Below, in pieces: positions 35,184-45,239 of a DNA stretch of 64,000 bases. The notes beneath the pieces are model-generated. The model saw nothing but the letters and a program-made list of their open reading frames with translations, ran no database searches and was not told the DNA's origin. Position 1 is the first letter of the stretch; each line of letters starts with the position of its first letter. The position numbers were made by a program, and so were the translations under genes. The DNA comes from Pseudomonadota bacterium (GTDB lineage: Bacteria; Pseudomonadota; Gammaproteobacteria; Steroidobacterales; Woeseiaceae): assembly GCA_039821605.1 (NCBI GenBank), contig JBCBNV010000005.1, positions 280,849-344,848 of the forward strand, in the 5' to 3' direction.

Positions 35184-37573
35184 GCCGCCTGCTCACGCGT
35201 TTCGCGGGGAATGTACACGCGAAACTCGCAGCCCGTACCGTCCAGCCCGTCATGCAGCTCGATGCGACCGCCCAATGACGAGACCAGTCGCTCGACGATG
35301 GAGAGGCCGACACCGCTGCCCTCAACGTCGTCACGACGCTTGAGCGTCTCGAACATCCGGAAGATGCGCTCGCGGTAACGCTCGGGAATACCTGGGCCGT
35401 CGTCGGACACCGAGAACCGGTAGTGCGGGCCCGCCACCTCGCAGGACACCTCAATGCGGCCGTGCGGTTTGTCGTGGTGCTTGGCGGCGTTGGAGACCAG
35501 ATTCAGGAAGATTTGCTGCACGGTCGTGGGCTGCGCCAGGAGTTCAGGCAGATCTGAGGTGATCACCACGTCATGCGAGAACCGCTCGCCGACCCACTCG
35601 ATCACCTCCTCGAGCACGCTGCGACAATCCACGCGCTGGACCGCAGCATCTTCCCGCCCCGCGCGTGCGTACTCCAGGATGTCGCCCAGCATGCGGTCCA
35701 TTCGCGCCACTCGCTGTCGCAGCAACTGGAGCTTCTCCATGGTGTCGGGCGTTGCGCTCTGCGCAATGTCCTCCTCGATCCACTGCGCCAGGTTTTCGAT
35801 GCCGCGCATCGGCGCGCGCAGATCGTGTGAGGCGATGTAGGCAAAGTCGTCGAGGTCCCGGTTACTGCGCTCGAGCAGCGCCGCGTGGCGCTCAAGGGCG
35901 CGCTGCGACTGCACTAAGGACGTAATGTCCGTGGCGACCGTGATGAGCTTTCTGTCGCGAGAGCTGCGGTCGTTGTAGGGCACCTTGTCGATCCGCATCC
36001 ACGATGCTTCGGCGTCCACACCCTCCGTGGACTCGACCTTGCCGATGATGGGCTCGCCCGTGCGCATGATCTCGCGCAGTTCATCGCCGTAGCGCGCCTC
36101 AACATTGGGCATGAGTTCGAAGATCGAGCGTCCCTCGACCTCGTCCGGCCGCATGTTCATGATCTCAGCCGCCTGGTCGTTGACGCGCAGGACGCGGAAT
36201 TGCTCGTCCATGAACCAGATGCTCGAGGGCACGAGATTGAAGATCAGATCGAGCTCCTTACGCTGACGGCGCAGGATCTCGCGCGAGGTCATCAGCTGCT
36301 CAAAGGCCTGCTGCTGGCCGATGTCGTTGGCGACCCACTGCGCGAGCATGGCCAGGAATGAGCGCTCGCGGTCGCCAAACGGCCGCTCACGCGGCGTCGA
36401 CGACGAAAAGTTGAGCGTGCCGTAGGCCTTGCCGCCCACTGTGATGGCGACGCCGATGTAGGACTCCAGCCCGAAGGCCTCGTAACAGGGATGGGCTGCG
36501 ATTTCGGATTCGGCAGCGTGATCGACGGCAACAACATCGCCGCGCCCGACAACGTTGGCGCAGTAGGTGTCGCCGAGGACAAACGTGGTGCCCCGCTCTA
36601 GCCGCTCATCGCGGTCAACGACATGTTCGACGAGGTAGGTGTCCTCGGTCACGCGGCTGATGATGCCTGTATCCAGCTCCAGGTAACGAAGGCCAATAGA
36701 CAACAGCTGGGCGAAATGGTCCTCGGGGGCGAGCCGAGCGTTGGTCAGCAGCGTGTAGACCTCGGCGCGCATGAGTTCATCGAGCTTGCGCTCTTCGATA
36801 TCGAAGACGGACCCGGCCATGCGCACGGGTTGTCCTTGCTCGTCCCAAATAGCCTGGCCATGGGCATGAATCCACCGGTAGGTGCCGTCATCGCGGCGCA
36901 TGCGACACTCGTGGTCGAGCTCGGCCTTGCCCTCAAGATGCGCAGCGATGTTGGCCTCAACACGCTCGAGGTCATCGGGATGGATACGGTCTCGAAACGC
37001 GTCCGATTTGGGCACAAACTTCTCGTCCGTGACCTTCATGAGCTGCTTGAAACGGGGGGACCAATACAAATCGTCGGTGCGCAGATTCCAGTCCCAAAGG
37101 CCGGCGCTCGAGCCCCGAATTGCCACGTCGTAGCGCTCGTTGCTTTCCTTGAGCTGCTCCTGCGTCAGCTGCTGTTGGGTGACATCAATGAAGATGCCGA
37201 AAACGGCCGTCACAGTCCCCTTAGCGTCCGTCTGCACCTCGCCCCGCGACAGGACGTGGCGGATCTCTCCATCCGGGCGTACGAGTCGGGCGCTGAACTC
37301 GAACGGGGCCCGCTCGTTGATCGCGAGATCGACGTGCTGGCTGACGCGGTCCACGTCGTCGGGGTGGTAGAAGTGGATCGCCGACTCAAGCTCGGGTGTG
37401 TAGTTCTCGGGCGTTACGCCGTGGATGCGGTAGATCTGGTCTGACCAGAACAACCGGTTATTGACCAGGTCGATGTTCCAGTGGCCCAGATTGGCCATGC
37501 GCTCCGCCAGGCGCAGCATTTGTACATGCTGCTCCGTCGAGACGCTCCCGCTTGCGCGCGCTTCGTGTTCCAT
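35180..37573 (-). CDS. Cytoplasmic PAS-PAS-GAF-PAS sensor histidine kinase
   Basis: 797 aa with no TM segment. It has an H-box FAYIASHDLRAPMRGI and a HATPase domain (NLVSNAAKH, DDGPGI, GSGVGLSIV). Confidence 0.9.
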   Translation of the reverse strand: MEHEARASGSVSTEQHVQMLRLAERMANLGHWNIDLVNNRLFWSDQIYRIHGVTPENYTPELESAIHFYHPDDVDRVSQHVDLAINERAPFEFSARLVRPDGEIRHVLSRGEVQTDAKGTVTAVFGIFIDVTQQQLTQEQLKESNERYDVAIRGSSAGLWDWNLRTDDLYWSPRFKQLMKVTDEKFVPKSDAFRDRIHPDDLERVEANIAAHLEGKAELDHECRMRRDDGTYRWIHAHGQAIWDEQGQPVRMAGSVFDIEERKLDELMRAEVYTLLTNARLAPEDHFAQLLSIGLRYLELDTGIISRVTEDTYLVEHVVDRDERLERGTTFVLGDTYCANVVGRGDVVAVDHAAESEIAAHPCYEAFGLESYIGVAITVGGKAYGTLNFSSSTPRERPFGDRERSFLAMLAQWVANDIGQQQAFEQLMTSREILRRQRKELDLIFNLVPSSIWFMDEQFRVLRVNDQAAEIMNMRPDEVEGRSIFELMPNVEARYGDELREIMRTGEPIIGKVESTEGVDAEASWMRIDKVPYNDRSSRDRKLITVATDITSLVQSQRALERHAALLERSNRDLDDFAYIASHDLRAPMRGIENLAQWIEEDIAQSATPDTMEKLQLLRQRVARMDRMLGDILEYARAGREDAAVQRVDCRSVLEEVIEWVGERFSHDVVITSDLPELLAQPTTVQQIFLNLVSNAAKHHDKPHGRIEVSCEVAGPHYRFSVSDDGPGIPERYRERIFRMFETLKRRDDVEGSGVGLSIVERLVSSLGGRIELHDGLDGTGCEFRVYIPRETREQAA

Positions 37574-37657
37574 GAGACTGCCGACATTCCTGCCTTCCAG
37601 GTTAGCGGCATGCTGGCAGTGGGCTTTAGCGCGATTCGGCCCCGCCTTCGTGGTGCT

Positions 37658-39352
37658 TCAGTCGAGCGTTTCGAGGCGCTCACGGGGCCAGAGCACGCTG
37701 ACCTCGTCGGTCAAGCCGGTCATCTCCCAGCGGATCAGGCTCATGGGCAGACGCCCGGCCGACATGAACCGGTCGTGGAACTCGCGCAACACAAAGTCCT
37801 GCCCAAGCTGGCGCTTGCGATCGGCGAGCAAGCGTTGCATCTGCAGCATGCCGACCGTGTAGCCGAGTCCATAGCCGGGCGGCCGTCGCAAGTAGATCTC
37901 TGCGTCCACTCGGGCGACGTCTTCATCAAGATAGGGCACGCGCTCAAGCCACCAGGCAACCACTTCGTCGACCGTCATCTCGTTAAGCTGCAACCAGACA
38001 TCGGCCGGCACACGCGCCGCGCGGAAGATGCCGAAGATGTAGATAAGCTCTCGAACCCGCGGCTCGACTTCATGCCCGGCCTCGAGCATGGCCTCCTCAA
38101 GGTAGACCGCCCAACCTTCGGCGCGCGCGCCGCTCATGAGGCGTCCGCGGATCGGGTGCGGGTTGTTCTGCTCGAGGAGACCGTCAAACCGGTGCCCGGG
38201 GATGACGGCGTGCAGATGGTCGGGTGTGGGATTGCGGTACTGCACCTGCTCCCAGAAGTTGGGCCCGTTGGGACGCACGATCCAGGGCGCATTGGTCGCC
38301 AGTTCGCCGACGTAGTCGGGTACCGTGATGATGTCCTCGTCGACCAGGAAGGCACGAATGGCGGCGTCCGTTCGGGCGATGCGTGCGGCGTATTCCTCCG
38401 CGGAGCCGGGCAGATCGATCTCTGGCAGCTTGCGGTTTTTGTGCTGCGCCAGCGCGTACACGCTCCACAGGCGGTCGAACTCGCGCAGACCCAGGGTCAC
38501 CATGTCGTCAGTGTCCCAAGGCATGAGCTTGACGTGCTTCAGGTACCAGTTGAAGTGCGCCTCACCGACACCCGCGCGACCCGTCATGGCGGGGCGATTC
38601 TCCAGGAGCCAGGCGTTGAAGTCGGCAACGGCTGCGCGCGCGTTCTCGATATCCGGCACGAGCGCAGGCTGCGCCGCGCGCGCCCGCGCCAACAGGTCGT
38701 CGTACCAGCCGATGACGCCAGCGGGCGGCGTCGCGCGGTAGGGATAGCCGTGCCCGACGCCATCAGGGCGCGTCAGGTTGAAAATCGCAAGATCGGCATA
38801 GTCGGCCGCGACCTCGTCGAGGTTGTTTCGTGCCTGTGCCACGAGCAGCGGAATGGCGGCAAGTTCCGCGCGCAGCTTGAGCGTGTCCTCTTCGTCAAGG
38901 GGCAAGTCGGCAAAGGTAAGCCGCAACATGCGATCCACATAGAATCCGGGATCTCGTGACCACGGCCGCGACACGTTGAGCGTGAAGTCGTACTGGTCGA
39001 AGCGCGATCGCACCGCGAGGTAGTCAACCTGGTGCTCGAGCGGCCAGCCGGTGACGCCCATGTCTTCGAGCCGGTCCTGGAAGGACCGCATGCGCGCCCG
39101 CCTTTCGGCCACGGCGCTATCACCGTAGTCGGGGTATCGATCGGCGGCGGCACCCGCAATGTCACGGTTGGGCACGAGTCGTCTGGCGCGCGCGCTGTCC
39201 TGCCAGCTCAGAAATTCGTCGTAGAGCGCGACGAGCGCGTCGTAATCGCCGGCGCCGTCCGGCATACCGGGCAGCGGTGCCGCAGTCGCGGCGATCGACA
39301 GGAAGAGACCGACCAGCAGCGTGCGGCCGCGGTGCAACGAGCCTGAATCCAT
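37658..39352 (-). CDS. DUF885-family secreted protein
   Basis: I moved the start to ATG 39352 (GGAG upstream). The signal peptide contains RTLLVGLFLSIAATAAP. EGWAVYLEE and the C-terminal RRPPGYGLGYTVGMLQMQRLL...FVLREFHDRFMSAGRLPMSLIRWEM match the family. Confidence 0.75.
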   Translation of the reverse strand: MDSGSLHRGRTLLVGLFLSIAATAAPLPGMPDGAGDYDALVALYDEFLSWQDSARARRLVPNRDIAGAAADRYPDYGDSAVAERRARMRSFQDRLEDMGVTGWPLEHQVDYLAVRSRFDQYDFTLNVSRPWSRDPGFYVDRMLRLTFADLPLDEEDTLKLRAELAAIPLLVAQARNNLDEVAADYADLAIFNLTRPDGVGHGYPYRATPPAGVIGWYDDLLARARAAQPALVPDIENARAAVADFNAWLLENRPAMTGRAGVGEAHFNWYLKHVKLMPWDTDDMVTLGLREFDRLWSVYALAQHKNRKLPEIDLPGSAEEYAARIARTDAAIRAFLVDEDIITVPDYVGELATNAPWIVRPNGPNFWEQVQYRNPTPDHLHAVIPGHRFDGLLEQNNPHPIRGRLMSGARAEGWAVYLEEAMLEAGHEVEPRVRELIYIFGIFRAARVPADVWLQLNEMTVDEVVAWWLERVPYLDEDVARVDAEIYLRRPPGYGLGYTVGMLQMQRLLADRKRQLGQDFVLREFHDRFMSAGRLPMSLIRWEMTGLTDEVSVLWPRERLETLD

Positions 39353-39516
39353 CTGTGTGCTCCAACCGAGGTCGCGCCCAGTGTAGCGAAGCGCGAACGA
39401 CGGGTGACACGGCAATCCGTCGCGTGCGCCAGCCCGGCGTCTGCTAGGGTTAGCCCTGCGATGTTTTGCCCGATCCAGGCGATGTCGCGGCCTTACTCAT
39501 CACAACCGGAGCATCC

Positions 39517-39945
39517 ATGACCACCGCCAGCGAGTCCCAGACCGTCCGCATCCACTACACGGGCCGATTCACAGACGGCGAGGTGTTCGATTCCTCGGCC
39601 GATCGCGACCCGCTCGAGTTCACGCTTGGCGCCGGGCACGTCATCCCGGGCATGGACAACGCCGTCACGGGAATGGCTGTCGGGGATAAGAAGACGGTCC
39701 AGATCGAGCCCGCCGAAGGCTACGGCGACCGCGATGAGCGGCTGATCCAGCAGATTCCCAAGGACGCCCTGCCCGACGACGTCGACCCGGCGGTTGGCAT
39801 GCACCTGCAGAGCCAGACGCCCGACGGTCAGATGATGCAACTGATCGTCACGGCTGTGGACGCCGAGACGTTCACCGTCGATGCCAATCACCCGCTCGCG
39901 GGCCAGGTGCTTGAGTTCGATATCGAGCTGATCGGGATCGACTAG
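39517..39945 (+). CDS. FKBP-type peptidyl-prolyl isomerase (SlyD/SlpA type)
   Basis: I moved the start to ATG 39517 (GGAG upstream). Motifs: [50 protein letters not shown]. 142 aa with no His-rich tail. Confidence 0.85.
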   Translation: MTTASESQTVRIHYTGRFTDGEVFDSSADRDPLEFTLGAGHVIPGMDNAVTGMAVGDKKTVQIEPAEGYGDRDERLIQQIPKDALPDDVDPAVGMHLQSQTPDGQMMQLIVTAVDAETFTVDANHPLAGQVLEFDIELIGID

Positions 39946-40973
39946 CGCTGCACACGGCCCGAGCCGTCGCCACGCATCAGTTTCTCAACCTCCGCCACGG
40001 TGACCCGATTGAAGTCACCGAGAATCGAATGCTTGAGGCAGCTCGCGGCAACGGCAAACTCCAGCGATTCCTGACGGTCCTCGTAGGCATTGAGGCCGTA
40101 GATGAGTGCCGACGCGAAGCTATCGCCGCCGCCCACACGATCAATGATGTCTGTGATCTCGTAGTGTCGTGACAATCGGAACCCATCCTGGTCGCGCAGA
40201 CAGGCAGACCAGCCGTTTCGATCTGCGCTTCTAGACTCGCGCAGCGTCACCGCCAACGTACTCATGTTGGGAAACTCGTCCAGCACTTTCTCGGTCAATC
40301 GCTCGTAGCGTGTTGGATCCAGCTCCCCGCTTTCGACGTGCACGTCATCGACGCTGATTCCGAGCGACTTCTGGCAGTCTTCCTCGTTGGCAATGCCAAC
40401 ATCCACAAAGCGCACGAGGTCTCTCATGACTTCCGGCGCCGATTTGCCGTACTTCCACAGCTTGCCGCGAAAATTGAAGTCACAGGACACCGTCACGCCC
40501 GCGGCCTTTGCGGCCTCGACGGCCGCCATGCTCAACTCGGCTGCGGACTCGCTGATCGCCGGCGTAATACCCGTGATGTGCATCCAGCGCACACCCTCGT
40601 AAATCGCGGGCCAGTCGAAGTCAGCGGCGCGCGCTGTGGCAATCGCCGAGTCTGCGCGGTCGTAAACCACGTTTGAGGGCCGTTGGTTCGCGCCGGTTTC
40701 GAGAAAGTAGATACCGATCCGGTCGCCCGAGCGCTGCACCTGGCTGACATCAACACCAAAGCCGCGCAGCTCCCGCAGGCAGGCGTCGCCGATCGGGTTG
40801 TCTGGCAGTGCCGAGACAAAGCCGCTCTTGAGACCATAGTTCGCGAGTGCCACGGCCACATTGGCTTCGCCGCCGCCGAATGTTGCTTCAAACGCGGGCG
40901 ACTGGAAAAAACGCTCATGACCCGGCGTCTTGAGCCGCAGCATGATTTCACCAACACTGAGAAACTCGGCCAT
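39942..40973 (-). CDS. kdgK: 2-dehydro-3-deoxygluconokinase (PfkB family)
   Basis: [38 protein letters not shown]. Last gene of the kdgF-MFS-SDR-eda-kdgK operon. Confidence 0.85.
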   Translation of the reverse strand: MAEFLSVGEIMLRLKTPGHERFFQSPAFEATFGGGEANVAVALANYGLKSGFVSALPDNPIGDACLRELRGFGVDVSQVQRSGDRIGIYFLETGANQRPSNVVYDRADSAIATARAADFDWPAIYEGVRWMHITGITPAISESAAELSMAAVEAAKAAGVTVSCDFNFRGKLWKYGKSAPEVMRDLVRFVDVGIANEEDCQKSLGISVDDVHVESGELDPTRYERLTEKVLDEFPNMSTLAVTLRESRSADRNGWSACLRDQDGFRLSRHYEITDIIDRVGGGDSFASALIYGLNAYEDRQESLEFAVAASCLKHSILGDFNRVTVAEVEKLMRGDGSGRVQR

Positions 40974-40975
40974 GA

Positions 40976-41620
40976 CTACCCCCTGACCTCTCTTGCTATT
41001 ACGCAGGCCTCCAAGGCCAGGCGCGTCACTGTTTCAAAATCACCCCTGGCGATGGCCGCGGCCGGCGTCAGCCAGCTGCCGCCGCAGGCGATGACCGCAT
41101 CCAGCGCCAGATACTCGGCCAGGTTTCCGGCCGACACACCGCCCGTGGGCATGAACTTGACGTCGCGGAACACCGCACTGAGCGCCTTGAGCATCGGGAT
41201 GCCGCCCGCCTGGCCCGCGGGAAAGAACTTGAGCACACGCAAGTCCAGGTTCCAGCCGGTTTGTGCCTCTGTGGCGGTCGCGACACCAGGAATGACGTCA
41301 ACGCCGGCAGCCTGCGCTGCAGCGACGACGGGGGCGCTAAGGCCCGGCGACACAAGAAACGCGGCGCCGGCATCGATACAGGCGCGCGCCTGTGATTCGC
41401 TGAGTACCGTACCCGCGCCAACGATCGCCTCCGGTGCGGCATCGACAACTTCGCGCAAGCACTGCAGCGCGGCTTCTGTGCGCAGCACCACCTCCAGTAC
41501 CGTCAGTCCACCTGCAATCAGTGCGTGCGCCGTGGCAACGGCAACACCGGGATCCTCCGCCTGGATGAGCGGCACAATGGGCGCGCGCTCCAGTCGTGAT
41601 TGCAGGGCTTGCCGGGTCAC
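40976..41620 (-). CDS. eda: KDPG / KHG aldolase
   Basis: LEVVLRT, GAGTVL, FLVSPG, LKFFPA (Schiff-base Lys), PTGGV. Confidence 0.9.
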   Translation of the reverse strand: MTRQALQSRLERAPIVPLIQAEDPGVAVATAHALIAGGLTVLEVVLRTEAALQCLREVVDAAPEAIVGAGTVLSESQARACIDAGAAFLVSPGLSAPVVAAAQAAGVDVIPGVATATEAQTGWNLDLRVLKFFPAGQAGGIPMLKALSAVFRDVKFMPTGGVSAGNLAEYLALDAVIACGGSWLTPAAAIARGDFETVTRLALEACVIAREVRG

Positions 41621-42372
41621 GAGAACAGCAGCCCGCCATTGATATCGACATTCGTGCCCGTCAGGAAGCTGGCGGATCCGGACGCCAGATAGGTCACAAG
41701 GTCAGCCACCTCGGTGGCCTGCCCTTCGCGGCGCAACGGCGTACCGGCAGCCACGTTGCTGCGGACTTCGTCTTTGGTGAAGCGATCGTGGAACGTCGTG
41801 CTGATCATGCCGGGACAGACACTATTGACCCGGATCCCCGACGGACCGAGCTCCTTGGCGAGTCCGCGCGTAAAGGTCATGACCGCGCCCTTCGAGGTGC
41901 CGTAGGCAATGGCCCCGGGGCCACCCCCGTCACGACCCGCCTGCGATGCGAGATTGACGATGGCCGCGCCGGTACTCATGTGCGGCACAACGGCTTTGCA
42001 CGTCAGAAAGGTGCTGGTCATGTTGAGCCGCATGACGCCTTCGAAGAACTCGGCGTCCATGTCGGCCAGTGTCTTGCGGGCAACGAGACCGCCCACGACA
42101 TTGACCAGGATATCGATCGGGTCGCCAAACGCCTTCTGGGCTTCCGCGACGAGATTGGCCACATCGTCGTCCTTCGTCATGTCACCTCGCACGGCGATGG
42201 CCTCGCCGCCGGCGTCCCGGATCGCCGCGACGGTGGCTTCGCCGTCCGACGGCGTACTGAAGTAGTTCACAACGACCTTGGCGCCTTGTGCGGCCAGCGA
42301 CTCCGATATCGCCCGTCCTATGTCACGTGCACCGCCCGTAACGATGGCGAGTTTTCCTGCAAGAGATGTCAT
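41617..42372 (-). CDS. SDR oxidoreductase; candidate DEH (4-deoxy-L-erythro-5-hexoseulose uronate) reductase by context
   Basis: Classical SDR (TGGARDIGRA, NVVGG, YGTSK). The role is inferred from its position in an alginate operon. Confidence 0.8.
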   Translation of the reverse strand: MTSLAGKLAIVTGGARDIGRAISESLAAQGAKVVVNYFSTPSDGEATVAAIRDAGGEAIAVRGDMTKDDDVANLVAEAQKAFGDPIDILVNVVGGLVARKTLADMDAEFFEGVMRLNMTSTFLTCKAVVPHMSTGAAIVNLASQAGRDGGGPGAIAYGTSKGAVMTFTRGLAKELGPSGIRVNSVCPGMISTTFHDRFTKDEVRSNVAAGTPLRREGQATEVADLVTYLASGSASFLTGTNVDINGGLLFS

Positions 42373-42400
42373 GTCTCGTTCCTTTTATGTGTCGTTGTAG

Positions 42401-43675
42401 CTAGTTGGCCGTGCGCGGGCTCAGCGGTTGGATCTTTCCGCACAGAAGCCAGACCGAGAGCACGGTCAGAATGGCGAGCCCCGCCCCCACCGCGAATGCA
42501 GGCGCGTAGCTGTTGACGGTGATCACCGGGATCAGGAAGTTCAGGCCGACCACGGCGAGCTTGGCGGCGGTGCCCGCGAAGCCCGCCAGGGACGCGACAG
42601 ACTCGCCGCTGTAGAAATCACTGGGCAGCGTTTGAATGTTGCCTACCGCTGTCTGGAAACCGAACAGGATGGCCGCCATGAGGAGCACCGCGATGAGCGG
42701 TGTCGCTGCCTTGATCGTCAGCAGCAGGCTGACCAGCATGATCAGACCGCCGAGCCCGATGACGAACTTCCTCGTCTTGGTGACCGTCCAGCCCGCCTTG
42801 ATTCGATTTTGTGCCAGCAGGCCGCCAAACCAGGCACCGAACATGGCGCCGATATAGGGCACCGCCGCGTACTTCGCGATCTCGGCGACACCGAAGCCAT
42901 AAGTCTCGTTGAGGTAGAGGGGCAACCAGCCCACGAACAACCACCAGATCGGGTCGAGGAAGAAGGATGCGAGGATCACGCCCCAGCTTTCCTTGCGCGA
43001 CAGGATCTCAGCGGATGTCGGCGCGTAGTCTGCGACCTCTGCGGTTTCCTCACTGCGCTGCCCTGTCAGGATGAACTCACGCTCTTCCTGGTCGAGCCAG
43101 GGATGATCCGCGGGCCCCGACTTGTAGATGATGAGCCAGGGCACGAGCCACAGAAAGCCCAGCGCACCTATGGCGATAAAGGTGGCCTGCCAGCTCTCGA
43201 ACCACAGGAAGAGAAAGCCAACTATGGGTGCCGAGATGATGCCGCCAATTGCCGCGCCCGAGTTGAAAATGCCTTGCGCCAGTGCACGCTCGTTGATCGG
43301 AAACCACTCGGCATTGGCCTTGGTGGCACCGGGCCAGTTGCCCGCCTCTGCAACACCCAGAAGTCCCCGGAAAATGGAAAACGTGAGCAGTGAGTTCGCA
43401 ACCGCATGCAGCATGGTCGCTGCCGACCAGGCAGCAATTGCGAGCACGAACCCAAGACGCGTTCCGATCCAGTCGAAGATCTTGCCGAATAGCGTTTGAC
43501 CAAACGCATAGGCAAAGGTGAAGACATTGATGATGATCGCGTAGTCGGTCTTGCTCAGGCCGAGCTCCGCCGAGATCTCGGGCCACAGCACCGCAAGCGC
43601 ACCACGGTCGATGTAGTTGATGACCGTGGCGATGGCTACCAACGTCACGATGATCCATCTGAGATTGCCCTTCAC
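42401..43675 (-). CDS. MFS transporter, ExuT/ACS (hexuronate-type) family
   Basis: 424 aa with 12 TM segments, INYIDRGALAV and FRGLLGVAEAGNWPG. Confidence 0.85.
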   Translation of the reverse strand: MKGNLRWIIVTLVAIATVINYIDRGALAVLWPEISAELGLSKTDYAIIINVFTFAYAFGQTLFGKIFDWIGTRLGFVLAIAAWSAATMLHAVANSLLTFSIFRGLLGVAEAGNWPGATKANAEWFPINERALAQGIFNSGAAIGGIISAPIVGFLFLWFESWQATFIAIGALGFLWLVPWLIIYKSGPADHPWLDQEEREFILTGQRSEETAEVADYAPTSAEILSRKESWGVILASFFLDPIWWLFVGWLPLYLNETYGFGVAEIAKYAAVPYIGAMFGAWFGGLLAQNRIKAGWTVTKTRKFVIGLGGLIMLVSLLLTIKAATPLIAVLLMAAILFGFQTAVGNIQTLPSDFYSGESVASLAGFAGTAAKLAVVGLNFLIPVITVNSYAPAFAVGAGLAILTVLSVWLLCGKIQPLSPRTAN

Positions 43676-44028
43676 TCGCCTTCCCCCTGCTGGAGAAAGT
43701 CCTCACGTACGGGGCTGAAGACGTCGAGCAACACGCCCGACTTTTGACAGAGGGCGCCGTGATCGAGGTGCGGCCCCACATAGAAGCTGTCACCCGGGCC
43801 AAGCAACTGCTCCTTGCCATCGATCGAGACCAGGAACTCGCCGCTTTCTACATAGCTGACTTGCGAATGGGGATGGGCGTGAACGTCACCGCGCGCGCCC
43901 GCATCAAACTCAACGCGCGCCACCAGGAGCGACGCGTCGTAGCCTAAGATCTGGCGCCGAATGCCGTCACCGACATCCTCGACGACGACGTCCCGGCCGA
44001 CCAGAAAGGCTTTGCTAGCGTGCTTCAT
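43672..44028 (-). CDS. kdgF: Cupin, KdgF-like (unsaturated uronate linearisation)
   Basis: I moved the start to ATG 44028 (GGGGGG upstream). 118 aa with cupin motifs GDVHAHPHSQVSYVESGEF...GPGDSFYVGPHLDHG. It overlaps the MFS start by 4 nt. Confidence 0.72.
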   Translation of the reverse strand: MKHASKAFLVGRDVVVEDVGDGIRRQILGYDASLLVARVEFDAGARGDVHAHPHSQVSYVESGEFLVSIDGKEQLLGPGDSFYVGPHLDHGALCQKSGVLLDVFSPVREDFLQQGEGE

Positions 44029-44182
44029 TGACCCCCCAATTGATCGCCGCACACGGCGATCATTAAGCACCGCGCCGTCCCGACGCGTTTCAGCCAGCTT
44101 TGTGGAATACCCCGGAAAACGCTGGCAAGACACACCACGCGGAGACTCCAGACGACCTGGCTTTTTGATTTCGGTCACTGTA

Positions 44183-44394
44183 ACCAATTAGCGTGATACT
44201 GGTCAAACATTTTCTATGACCAACTGGTCTATCCGGTGAGAACGCGATGCAAACCAATTTGCCGTAGTCTCGGCTCAAGAACACAGAGTTTCTCGAAAAC
44301 AGCGACCGGGGAAAACGATTGTAAGCTGTTTTTATTAGACTTTTTCTGCGGTGCGGCGCCTTCTGTAGGTGGCAGATACGTTATCTAACCAATT
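44183..44394. promoter_or_regulatory. Cluster of ACCAATT heptamers and a TGGTCA/TGACCA inverted repeat (candidate GntR-family operators)
   Basis: ACCAATT occurs at 44183-44189, 44253-44259 and 44388-44394. TGGTCA (44200-44205) and TGACCA (44217-44222) form an inverted repeat. All lie in the AT-rich 435-bp region between kdgF and the GntR gene. Confidence 0.4.
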
Positions 44395-44463
44395 CTTGTA
44401 TTCGTGATAAACTGATCGGAGAACCGGCCCGGTATCGGGATTCGGCATGCAGAGAGGATGCCC

Positions 44464-45225
44464 ATGCCCAGCGAAAAGCGCCTTTATCGAAGTGTTCTGA
44501 TCAGACTCGAGAAGCTGATCGAAGATGGCGAGTATCCGCCCGGCGGACGGCTGCCGCCTGAGCGCGAATTGGCAGAGCGTTTTGGCGTGAGTCGTCCAAC
44601 AGTCCGCGAGGCGATCATTGCACTCGAGGCGCTTGACCGCGTCGAAGTGAAGACAGGGTCCGGTGTCTATGTGCTCGATACACCGAAGCGGGTCAACGGC
44701 ATCGATGCCAGCATCAGCGCATTTGAGCTTACCGAAGCGCGCGCGCTCATCGAGGGCGAGGCAGCGGCACTGGCCGCCACGATGATCTCCGATGAGCAGC
44801 TCGCGGCGCTTGAGGCTGTGATGCACGAAATGGTCGATGAGTCAGAAGACGGGGAGCTGCTGTCAGAGCAGGCCGACCAGAAGTTTCATCAGATGATCTC
44901 CGAGGCCACGGGCAACAGCATGATGATCTCGGTGTTCAATAGCCTCTGGCACATCCGGGACCACTCACCGGCGGTGCACGCGGCCTACCAGGCAATCTGC
45001 GGGATGGAGCCGCAATCGCGGGTCGACGAGCACGTCGAGATTCTCAAGGCACTCAAGAAACGTGATCCCAAAGCGGCTCGCGAAGCGATGCACAATCATT
45101 TCGCACGCATCCTGAACAAGCTGATTGCCGCCAACGAGCAGGCGCACATCGAGGAAATCCGGCGCAAGACGCAAGAGAGCCGCGAGCGCTTTTCGTTGAA
45201 CCACCTGTCCTCCGGGGCGAATTGA
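44464..45225 (+). CDS. GntR-family regulator, FadR/FCD subfamily
   Basis: ATG 44464 has GAGG 6 nt upstream; ATG 44458 is 2 codons earlier. It has RLPPERELAERFGVSRPTVREAIIALEALDRVEVKTGSGVYV plus a helical FCD-type domain. Confidence 0.85.
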   Translation: MPSEKRLYRSVLIRLEKLIEDGEYPPGGRLPPERELAERFGVSRPTVREAIIALEALDRVEVKTGSGVYVLDTPKRVNGIDASISAFELTEARALIEGEAAALAATMISDEQLAALEAVMHEMVDESEDGELLSEQADQKFHQMISEATGNSMMISVFNSLWHIRDHSPAVHAAYQAICGMEPQSRVDEHVEILKALKKRDPKAAREAMHNHFARILNKLIAANEQAHIEEIRRKTQESRERFSLNHLSSGAN

Positions 45226-45239
45226 TCCGCCGCAGCGCC

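Noticed and set aside
44090-44826. ORFs 44090..44284 (-) and 44335..44826 (-) in and beside the AT-rich control region
   Set aside because: The first lies wholly in a promoter-like AT-rich region with no Shine-Dalgarno or motifs. The second is antisense to the well-supported GntR gene.
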